DNA of 58,249 nucleotides, counting the filler, from Sphacelaria rigidula (lineage: Eukaryota), in NCBI GenBank assembly GCA_964200075.2. It is 3 parts of 3 records of this genome, joined end to end, with 100 filler letters (N's around TTAATTAATTAA, not from the genome) between each part and the next. Parts side by side here need not be neighbours in the genome. Positions count along the whole stretch, not along the records: positions 19,457 to 38,810 come from CAXNAA020000683.1; 2 more parts are not named here. One strand, 5' to 3'. This document shows positions 21,354 to 33,300 of the stretch, piece after piece; position 1 is the first letter of the stretch, and each line of letters begins with the position of its first letter. Under the pieces are notes generated by a model. The model was not told the origin of the DNA, did not search any database, and was given only the letters and a program-made list of their open reading frames with translations. The position numbers and the translations under genes were made by a program.

Positions 21354-24300
21354 TTCTTGCACGTCACGCGAGTTCCGAGCGTCTAGACTGTTGTCTGCCC
21401 GCACTTCTTCCCCTATTCGCCACGTTATTGTTCTCATGAACGCCGTATGAATTTCGGTCGGCAATGTAGGCACGTCTCCACAGTGGGAAAACTCACCAAG
21501 TTCCAACATGTGACCGAACTCCGCTGCAGGGTCGGGATCATCCTGAGATTTTTCTTCCTCGTCGGAATCTGAAAGATCATTCGCTTTGCTGTGTTCTTGC
21601 GAGCGAAGTTGCAAAAATCGTCGCCTCTTGGTCAGGGTCACCGACGTAGGTGGAGTGTTGACCATCCGCAACAAAGCCGGAAATACGAATGCGGTTGGCA
21701 ACATGAACAGCGCCGTTGCAGCCGCCAAACGAGCCTGACCATCGTGGAGGTGTAAGAGCGTCGGAAGCGAGCGTTGTGGCACCGTGGAAAAACGTAGGGG
21801 AGGGCAACGAGAGCGCTGCTTGCGAGCGTTCGCCACGTGACTGAGCCTGATAGTGCACGGATTTGAAGACAGGACAGAGACCGAACATATCATACCTTTT
21901 GAACAATATCGAACTGCCTTTTGCCGTAAAACACCGACTGCAGCGTGGCGGCGCTCATCCAATCAGCCAGTAGAATCATTAGATGCTGGGGCCTGTAGTG
22001 AGGCAAACAGAGGACAGAAACAATGGTGTGCGACTTGTCTCATTAGGAGTATCGTACTGCAGCCTCTTGCAAGCAATCCTTTGTCCTTTAGAAGGCATGG
22101 GCCGGTTTCACCACTTGAGACAGGAAAGTGCCCCGGGGCACATAGTACCAACACGAGCTGCACGTCGCACAACAACTGGAACCCCTCCAATGATACGAGT
22201 ACCGCGGTATGGGCCGCGCACTCTGGGTAGTCATTTGCGCATCCCGAGGGCTCTTATCAAGGCGATCAAAAAAATCGATGGTTTAGCTCTCGAACTATAT
22301 GCAAAGTAATTTTCGCCTATTTTCTTGACCCGGCCATCAGAGCGTGCACTGTACCTTCCACGAGCTGCGATATAGGGGCGGCACGTGAAGCGGCTCATCA
22401 AACCGTATGACCATGGCTGGCCGTATACCCTTCCAGCCCATCGATAAAGTCATGGATGAGTTGCCCCAGCATTAAAAAAATCGAAATCCACCACAGTGTA
22501 CAACTCTTGCCGAGACGAATCAGGGTTGACCCTGCAGTACGGCGCCCACCGGCGGCTGCGTGCTGTGACGAAGCTCACATAGATATGCTTCTTGCAGGAG
22601 AGGTGGTCACAGACGGTGGGCGACGCAGGCTTGCTGCTTGTTCATACGATGTGTCCAGCTCGAGGTAACTACTAAAATGAGCATTCCTCGCTCGCTTGTT
22701 GATTGTACATAGATTGATTGACTTATTGTCGCACATTAACCGATGTCCTAGGGGCCCAACCGCGGCCACAAGATGGGCATACTCACAGTAAACAAAGTGA
22801 AGGCGCTCGCCAAAGAAAAATGTAACAACTGGCCAAAACAAAATGAAGTGTGGAACAATCACACGGACTATATCGAGAAGCAAAAGCCCCAGGCAAACAG
22901 AAGCAGATGAAACAAACGAAACAAGAACAAAAAAAGCATAAGAGGAAAGCAATGGGATGGAGAAGAAGTAGGCAAAGTGAAACGAGGCCACTCCTTATGG
23001 CAGACAAAAATGAAAGTCTGGAACAGTGCCGTTTGGGAGCGTATACCTCTTTGTACTGCCTAAAAGAGAGCTAGGGGGATTTGACACCTTGGAGTGCTGT
23101 ACTCGTTGAGACAGTTCCAACACACCTGTGCGCTTTCCCTGTGGCTGCAGTTTTTTCTTGCCCAAACTTGCATTTTTCTCGGAGACGGGTAATTTCTTTC
23201 GGAGACCGATCCAGTCCAGAGCAATTTCCGAGATTTGTCTCGAAAAGTCCAGAAAAGTATGAAACAAATAACAGAAGAAAGTAAATGAAACAAAGTCAAC
23301 TATACCTAGAAATTACCCCCGCAGCATGCTTTAATGCGAAAAAAAGACGCGCGAGAGAGGCACATAAACCCGCACACAAAACAAAACGTCCGTGGGGGCA
23401 AATTGTGGCTCAGCTATTTTAGACCATAGCATTCGGGTATGAGCTTTCACCCATGAGCCCTATGGAAGCTCAGCACCAAATTGTTACTGTATAAGACAGA
23501 GAAAGCGGCAATATCGAGATGTAGAAAGGGAGAGAGAGAGAGACGGGGGAAGAAAGAGAGAATGAAGAAGAAGGAAACTAAGGAAGCCATAAAACCCGAT
23601 GACACAAGGCAGCAGCATGTACTTAAGCTCAACCAGGGAACACCGCAGGACCACGAGCCAACGGAAACGTCGACGGCAAATAGAGAGGACAGGGATGGGT
23701 CAGTTTACGCTTTATCCCAGCCTCCCCCCTTCATTCCTTGTCAGTTACCAAGCGGGAGACTCGTTCGCCTATTTCCACCCTAGATTCCCAACGCGCTGTT
23801 AATAACACGCAACAGGGCCGGCCCTCCGATCGGCGGCTCTCGATGCAGAAGTCTTTCGCTCGTGGCGAACGTCTTATCGGGTTTTGTTTTTGTGTCGTCA
23901 CTCCTTCTCGAACTCTTCCGCCCGTGGGCGACTCCAAGGTACCGTATGACCACGGTCTCCGCCGCAGTGATTCATTTGTGTGCGACGTTTGACCTCTACT
24001 CGAGTGATTCCACGGTAGGGGCCAACTGTTAGGTCAAACGTTGTCTGAGGTTACACAAGTGCCCCAAGATTGTTCTCGTTGAAATTCCCCCTGACTGAGG
24101 AGCCTTGGAAAATATGTGTGCACCCCTACCGTGGAACCACTAACTCCGTAAACGATCCATTTTCGTCGTGCTCCAATACGTGGAACAGCCTGAAGTGCAC
24201 AGCAGTTCTTCTAGAAACGGTTGCCCCAGTATTTAGGAGACCGGTAAGCCTCCTGGGGCCCTTGTGCGGTCGACCGTCTAAAACTAATGTGCTCAGGAGG

Positions 24301-27300
24301 ACGCGTTTTGTCTTGCCGGACAAGGGCTCCCGCGCACCAGAGTTGACGCTTTGAAGATGGTCGCCTCATGCCCTCGCAGCTGGTTGTTTCGAGCACATTT
24401 CTGTACGAAAGCGTTTTGCAGCCAGTTCGCTCTTCCCTCCGGAATCCAACCACTCGCAGCAAATGCGTGTGGAGGGCAACACTGACCCTTGAAATCCTCG
24501 GGACACAGTGTTCATGTCACACATCCGCACAGCATCTTCCCCCAGCTGCGCATCAAACACCCGGAGTTTCAGAGGTAACTGATCGTTGGGACGATCATAG
24601 AGTTGGAAATATACATTCGGAGGCGTGCCCACGAGGCGCTGATGAGGTGGTTGATTCCGATGGAATTAGTCACATTCGCGCTGACAGCACCACCAATGTA
24701 GACAAGTTTGGCAGTCCGCTGGCGCCGTTAATCCAGCCGCCGTGATATACAACGCAGTCGCACGAAGCTGGGTGCTAACCACAGGCCCTCGGGCTCTGTC
24801 TTGCTCATCGATACTATCAATCTGAACTCCTGACAGGTCACCGCTGTCATGACCATCATTCTAGCAACCAACCTCATCTGTGGACCTGAAGACTATGGTT
24901 GCATCGACCGCAAAAAGCGTTCCCCACACCGCGCTCTGCATCTTCCCCAGCGGCGTCTCTTCCAGAGGTGCACCATCGCCACCCTTTGGCGCAGCATTAA
25001 AAAATACCAAGTCTGAGGCGATGGCTGGATTTACGACAAAGCACGGTAGGATCATGTTGACCAAGGCTACGCTGAAGATGATGAAGGGAGGTGGGGACGA
25101 AACGCACCCTTGCCTGAGTCCCCGGCAGACGTGGAACCATGCTGATAGTTCGGCATCATCCAGCTGTGCCCGAGCTCGCGTTCCATCGTAAAGCATACGG
25201 ATAACCTTGATCATCCGCGGCGGGACTCACAATGGTGACATCCCAATTAGAATGAGGTAGTGTCTCGATAAGAAGAAGTCCATGCTATATCGTCGCTTCC
25301 CATGATTTGGAACTTTTCGTTAAATTTGCACCGAGTCTGCTTGCCAGCCTTCATCCTGAATTTTGCCCAAATTGCCCAAATTGAACACATTTTTTTAATT
25401 TATCGCTCAATAACTCGAGTGGGGAATCCAATGTTTGAAGCTAGCCACGCATTCGACAAAAAGTATCATCATTGCAATGTTCCCGTTTTTGATGGTTTTT
25501 GCGATCTATCGGGAACGCGTGGCCGCCGTCTTGCACTATCAAGGGACATCCATCTGGGACATGGATATCCATCTGGGACATGGATATTTATCTGCGCTAC
25601 TTTTTCCATCTGGGATATTCATCAAGCATATCCATCAGGGATATTCATGCGTGATGTTCATCCGGGATGCTCTACGTTTACATGAGATATTCATCTTGGA
25701 TGGCCATCCGTGATATATTGGTCCACAGGATATCCATCTGAGATACCAACACCCGCGTGAGATCGTTCTGGGATCTCACTTCTGGAGGGTCTATCTTGGA
25801 TGCCAGCCTCATGTATCACATCAATTTGGGACATTCTGTTTCAAGGTTAGGGATCAAGATTAGGAACAGGGTAAGGTTTAGGTGCCCCACGTGGATATTG
25901 GTTTCCATCTGGAATACACAAATTTAGATAGACGTCCCAGATAAATGTTCCATTCCATGTGGGCATCCAATGTGGATTTTTACATCCCGGCTGGATATTT
26001 CCACAAAAACAGTCTAAATGACACATCAGATCGAGATTGCAGATGCATAACCATACCCGAGATCCTTATCCCGGATAGACATAATATCTCATATAGAGAT
26101 CCATATCCCAGATGGACGTCCACATTCCAGATGGACACGGTATGCCAGGAGGAGATTGCAACATAATGTAGGGCTCCCCGTATCACCTTGCGAATAGTCT
26201 ACCTCAAACTCCCACAATCGCCCAAGTCGACACGGGATCTAGATTTCTCGCTCGTGTTTGAGAGCCAAGCCTACTAACTTGTTATGTTCCAGCGCCTCGG
26301 ATATACGCAGGCGTTTTCAAACAATTAATGGACAGAAAAAGACCGTAAACATTCTTCGGCATGCGAGTTATGGGGTCGACATAGCCCCAAACGGACAAAA
26401 CCACTAAAAATGATGTCCTTGTTTGAGGTCAAGTCGTTGAAACATGCCATCCGTGGGCAAAGTTTTAAACCGACAATTCCAACACCAGCACTATTGATGT
26501 GTTTTTGTTTCCCATTCCGGAAATAAGGGCGCATCTTTTTACAGGGGTGTAGTCAAGTGGACCCACCTCACCCAATCAAAACGTCCTTGAAATAGTGTTA
26601 GCATGCAAAATGGTCGATTCGCACCTCTCATCGACGTTTCAGATCTTAACGCTAAAACTCTGAGCGAGATATCGCCGGAGACCCCATTTTGTCGCGAACA
26701 GCGAGACCACTTTTTATCGTATGCCGCGAAAGCCCATCAATCCTGGGAACAATTTGATCGTTACGCCTCCTAACTTGTCCCGCCAAGACGCAGCTCTACG
26801 GAGACTGCTGCTCGGTCGGCTCGAACAAGATTCGAACAAGGCGAAGCCAGGTCGCCCCTTTACATATACGTGACGCAAGGACCAAGGTCCCGTCAGTATG
26901 TTCGAGTAGACCGACAAACATGCCACGCACCTTTGAATTTCCCGCTCGGAATGGGCACTGCACGCACATCTCACAGCCTAGTGTTTTGTTTCACCGAATT
27001 ATAGCAGGGCAAATGGAAAATCTCACCTTGTGAGTAACGTTTCACCAAAGTGGTCCGCTGGACTACGGCTCAGATGTCGCCAGGCATGGTTTAGCATCAC
27101 GCTCTCTGCCACAACCTGTCGCATCCCAAACACGTGGTTGCAACGGGCGAGGAGCTCGAAGTAGAGCCATACACAGGGGCAAGCAATGCGCCAAGTGGGT
27201 ACCCCGTCGCAATGGACGTACCGCTGTTAATCACTGAGACAGCGGCATCAGCGCAAGACAGAGTGCTGACTAGCCCTGCGCCGTTGTCAAGAGCCTGACA

Positions 27301-30300
27301 GTTGCACGCGTTTTTGCACAGCACGTGCAGATTTTAAACGTAAGCGTGTTCGTTGTGGGCGGCGATGTTTCGCTCGGGGGAGTGGAACATGAGTGCAGTC
27401 CCACTTGTCACGAATGCAGCAACTACCTCTCATAACCCGCGCCATCTTGTGGTACAGTGTAACTCAGCAATAGCCACAAGTGGCTTTCGAGGCTGGGCAA
27501 CACTAACCTTCCCAATGTTTTCCCTTCGTGGCTGGATGGTGACGGAGTGAAAATGACGGTCGATGTCGTCGAGGTTTTTGCGATTTTCCTCCAAAACTGC
27601 GCGGGCGCGGTGTGCCTCTTGCTTCACCTGGCAACACGGGACCCCAGACGTTCGGGAGACGAAATCGCCCCCAAAACGTATCGCCGATTAATCAAGGAAA
27701 ACCATCAGCCTTTGAGTTCACTACGAACCCTAATTCCCCATCAGTGCGCGTGTACATTCACGCTCCGATGAACATGAAAATGAAACTTGGACGTTACGCA
27801 GAAGGCACACACATACATACAGAACATGTTGACGGAAGCACAGGTTGCTCTGGTATGTAGGATATCATCGGACACGAGCCAACAAAAGCCTACTTCGGCT
27901 CTCACTCGCTGCTTCCACGGCTGATCACCCCGTCGACATCTCCCGTGCGCCAAATATGTGGTCCGTGAAGCGTCAGTAAATGCGCGTAAAGCAGCGGTTG
28001 TGTTGTCCTGTCCACGCAAGCACGATCACAATGTTGTAATGTGTGAGAAGACCGCGTGCTTAGAGGACCGCGCCGTAGTTCAAAATACGTCAGGATCGAC
28101 GTTTTCCAAAATCAATCGGGTCAGTCCCTGCAAGTATCACGCCCCTGACCCGAACCCCAACACTAACCCTAACCCTAACCCTAACCAAAGGGGTGTTTAA
28201 ATCCCGATGCGGTCCTCTAAGCATGCGGTCCTCTCACGCATTACAATGTGTTACGCATACACAAGTGGGAGTGTGTCGTGGATGTATACCAAGAACGTAT
28301 GAGAATCTCGTGGGCACATGAAAACCATCAACATATGCAGTCCATTGGTTCTGCTGTATTTTTTCCCTGGCTTGCTGCAATCGATGGGCTAGAGAGTGAG
28401 AAAACCCTGATCGGAGTGCAGCTGATGGGTGAGAAGCTTCATTCTCAGACGGGATAGTCACGCAGATGTGCCACTAACCAGTGCCGAAGAGCGGTGTACA
28501 AACCCATCCTGCTCACCTTGCTGTAAAAATATATGGCTGGAAAAAGGAAGAGCGCCAGCACGGAGCACAGGAACAACAAGGCAGGCCAGCTGTCTGCCCC
28601 ATACTACGTGCCACACGCGCACATGTCAGAGAGGTGAGTCAGCCGTATTTCCTTGCGTTGGGGTGCTTTTGTTCTCAGTAAATGTCGCTCGCCAACAGAG
28701 GCGACGGAATACAGCGTGGGAGAGGGGAGCAAAGATGCGCTGGATACTACGCGCTTATCGTGAATGTTCAACAATGGTAGAGTACACTCATTGCGAGTAA
28801 CCACCAAACCCCATTGATGGTGACTCGATGGAAATCGATTTGCTGACGCAAAGACCCCCTGAGGAAGCGCAAATTCGCAGGCCTCGTGCCGCACAAAGAG
28901 GACATTGGAGACTCATGCCGAGATAGCCACCCCACAAAAAGTGCACAGTGGACCGTCCGACAAACCGGCTGCGATACCACTATTGGGCTCATTTGCAGCA
29001 ATGCCGTCCACATGAAAGGCTTGTAGCAGTCCGAAATCAGCTATAACGCCCAAATAAGTCGCGTCGTGGAACACGAAACCACCTCTCACGGCATTAATGA
29101 TCATCGCCTCCGTGCACATTTTTGGCTGGTTTTGGGGGTTGGCTATCTCGGCAGCAGTCTGGAGTGCTGTTGCATTGACAAAACCCGCCAAATGCCGGCA
29201 GACCCTAAACCGAACTACACCGTACCTACCTCCACGAGCAGGTAATGATCGTTGAAGATGTCAATCGTATTCCAGCTGGATGACGAAAACTCATCCGTGC
29301 TCCCGAAAGCGCTCAAGTGATACGTTGCGCAAGTTATCACCAGCTGTTCTTCTGCAGCTGAGAAGGTGACGTCGCGAAGAACAATTCCATCGCTCTTCCA
29401 TTCCCCGCCGTTGTCTTCCGACCAATAGTAGCATACAGGATACTTCTTCTCACGAACCCATTCGTCCGAAGAGTCCTGCTCATATGAAGGGTGGCCGAGT
29501 AAGTCTGGCGGTGAGGCTGTTGCTTGTCGCACAACAGTTTGGCGCGAATTTTGTCGCTTGCAGGGTGCCGTCGAGGCCGCTTAGTGATTTGATATCCATC
29601 TACCATAATTTACACATGAACAACGTAGCCAGATGACAACAGGGGAAACGTGTCCTGCCGCGGCCGAGGGGCGCACATCAGCTTGGACACGTCTGCTACA
29701 ATATCAATCCACGCATTTTTCGTGGAGCAAATACAGTTTGATTGGGCCTGCGGGTTCCATCCAAAACTTCTGTAGCGCACACGTGCTCGGCGTCCGCATT
29801 TCTTGTGTGTTCAGGTCGGTAAGCTACTGTGAATGTGTATGGTGTACATGAACTTTCTATCCAGGCCAGTTTGGTCGCTCTAATTTACGCTAAACCATTC
29901 TCTAATGTAGCTTGAACTACCACCTAGGAACGAAAAGGCATTATCAGGTAAACGACATACCGCAGTTGACATGGAAATATCCAAAGGCGCGGCGAGCGCT
30001 TGAATGGCCTCGCCCCCCGAATCCCACGCGTTCACGGTCATTATTCCGTTCAGCACTACCGCATAACAAAAAAAGCATCGTCAGCGGTTGAAAGAGGGGT
30101 GCAGGAGATGATTTTCCCGTTTATTTGGGTGAACAAGATACAGCGAACGTATGTACGGGGAGGGTTTGAAGTGGGCGTATCACCAGCAGAGTGGGACACG
30201 TGTAGCTATGTCAGTCAGGTAGCATTTTGGCGGCTGCTATGGAAAGCGTTCCCGTAAGAATATGCACACAACCTCTCTGATGCAGCGAACTTCCTACGAA

Positions 30301-33300
30301 GCAAACTATACGGTTAGGCTAGTAAGGTCACCATGCTACACCGTGAGCAATAGCAAGCTTCCCTTCGATCCTTGTAGCAAGCCAAGCCGAAGTGTTGCAC
30401 ATGCCTGATTCGGGTGAGGAGACCGCTGCCACAGTGAAGATTACCGTTGAAGATTCGTTGCCTCCGGTGATGGGCGTATCAGGGTTGTTCGTGACTAATA
30501 TTCGTGTGGCGTTTTGGCCGACAAAGAGCGTCGTTTGTGCCGGGGATGCCCTCCCAAGTTTGGCTGCCTGCAGGTGACAGAGGTGAGAAGACGCCGCGGG
30601 GTCATTATATCATCGCTGGTTCACTCTACATCTGGGTTGGGTCGCATGGAGCGCCAAGAAGTTTCGGACCGACACAGCCAATAGCACACAGCGGGTCAAG
30701 TGGCTACTACGTGTCTTCACCGTCCACCGAGATGCCCATGTGTGTCCTTTAAGCCTTCACGGTGTTCGATTCTTGCCGGCGACGGTCAAAAAGGGAGGTC
30801 GACACATATAAATCCGTGCGGCGATGTACGTTCCATTCCTGCAGCACTATTCAATCCATTCAAATATCATGTTGATGCAATCACGGTGAAGCAACAACAG
30901 CCCCGTGCTGTGTGCTCGGGCAAGATACTTCTCGATTTCAGTGTGTCTCGAGAGGATGAAGATGGCGTGTTTCAAGTCCCATTACGATTCATATCCACAA
31001 GGAGGAAATTGGGGGGAGGGAGGAATAGAGAAGGAGCAAAACAGTCGTGCAGCACTACGCAATCACGACTGCCCACGAACCATATCCTCCAGCCGACTTA
31101 CGAGCCACAATCAGTGATCCACTCTCGATTCACCCATCAACAGTTCTTAATTCTAGGAACAGGAACAGTTTTCCGTACTCTAACTTCCGACTAATAAATT
31201 GCTGTATATCTCGTAATTCTCCGCTCACAAATGCTGGCTCATGTTCGTAGATGAGGTTTGAGAAATACCCTCCCTAGGTGTATCGACCAAAATGGGTTCC
31301 TAAGCATTGGTGTGATTGTTACCGAAGAAAGTACAGTAGATCGCAATCCCTACTGTCATCGCCTACCCCGGAATGATGGTGTCCACTGCAAAAAAGAAAA
31401 GTTGAACCTAAGCCCTACCGAAGATGAAATCACCGTGTATTTCCAAACCCTCCCTACCCATAGCTTTCGTGAGAGTACCCGCTTGCTGATCTGCTGATCT
31501 GAAATGCCTTACAGAGGTGTCACCGCTGCAGCCAAGCCCCTGAGAAAATGACATCGTGAGTCCATGTGCTTGATCTTGGACGCGCTCAAGGGGTTTTAGA
31601 TAAGTCTGACACACCCTTGTTATCCTCGAACACGCCCATGTTCATCGGTTCCAAACTGGGCATTGCAAATGCAAGTATCCCCCTCACGTACAGGGCCTCC
31701 TTGACTCTGTCTCCCATTGCTACATACTATGCCTCGGTGGTAGATGCGGTGGCGCACTCCTGCGTCCTAAGGAACCAAGACGCTCATGTACCTCCGCGGC
31801 AAACAGCTACATCAGAAACGGAACGTCAGTCCACCTTATGGGCGTAGTCTGCGTCCACGTATCCAAGTCAAACTCCCAACTAAAGCTAGATAGACCAGAC
31901 GTAGCATTTAGGTACTCAAGTATCTTCTGTGCCATATTATGGTGAGCAACTTGGGCTCATGCGAAAGCTGTACGATTGCTTCAACTAAATCGTGATATCG
32001 GGCTCCCAACAATCTCACGGAAAACCGCATCCACCGTGTTCTCCTCGCTTCTGTACCTGACGTCTAAAAACGGGGTGGCGGGCATGGGACCGGCCTTCGA
32101 GACGTCAAAACAATTTAGAACTCTTCGAATGAAATGGATTTGTGTAATACCCAAAGTACCTCTCTTCCGGTCCCTCTTTTACTCATTCCTCCCCAAGATG
32201 TGAGTACGCCCAAGATGTTTGGTGAGAAATCTGAGATGAAGGGCGCCAACTGTACCACTTGAGTCACCTCCTCAGCAGCTGCAATCTTGATGTCGTCCAC
32301 ATGAAAGACCATCATCACCACAACGTCACCAGCAACCCTCACTCGAAACACGCAGGAACCTACCAAGCATTGGTCGAAACCACACTCTATTAGGATTGGC
32401 AACGAGACTTGATTCCATGCACGACTACGTTGCTTTAATCCGTAGAAAGCCTTGTTGGGACGCACTCCCTTACTAGGTACCAATCCGCACCTCGGTGTCC
32501 AACTCCGACTGAATGAAAGTCAGGTCTGCATTCAGGTGCCTCAAATCCCAGCCTAGTTTACAGGACAAAGCCGCCACCAACCTGTTTGACGTAGCAGAGG
32601 CCGTAGGGGCAAATGCATCCTCGAAATAGTCGACTCCTTCTACCTGACTGTACCCCATAGCTACCATACGGGCAGTCGCCCGGTCAACCATATCATGTAA
32701 ATCACACTTCCACCTACACAACCACTTAGCGTCTACGATGTCGCACCCCTCAAAACTGCCAGCCGCCTCTTCAAACGTTCCGGTAGCCAGGAACCCATCA
32801 AACTCTATATCCATTGCCTCCATCAACACATTGGAGTTCTGTGACGAGATGCCGCAGGATACGACACTCTCTCCGGCCAATTAGGTAGTTTGCCCTGCTT
32901 ACGGGTAACCTTCGGTGACACTTCCTACGATAGCCTCGCCCAAAACCAGCTCAAAAGTGTCACGAAAAAAATGCCATACAGCACCTGATGTCTGAGTTCA
33001 GGCTGGATGAAGCGTCTCATATTGGCGACATTGGCTAGAGCGAACCCAAGCATGGGAATTCCCAGCTTCTCGTTATGCTCGGTTTTTCCCATTTCGGTTT
33101 ACGTGAAGAGTTTACCCCCCAAAACCATGCACTGTTTTGGGGGGGGCTATCGTAGAAAGTGTCCGGTACCGCCAGCAGTCCACGGATTATTTTGCCGCCT
33201 TCATCGAGCCCAAACGTAGTCACGAGGTCAGCTGCTTCTTGATTGAGCGCCCGCGTCTGCGCTCGGGTCCCAAAGTCGTCGCCACTTTTAGATCATTCCA

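Noticed and set aside
27097-27324. ORF ALDNGAGLV... as an exon
   Set aside because: The overlapping exon 27115-27027 in another frame gives the conserved NHAW..TR motif and fits the upstream phase.
28913-29191. Similar small ORFs at 28913-29191 and 54136-54474
   Set aside because: The similarity comes from two copies of a MITE, not from a gene family.
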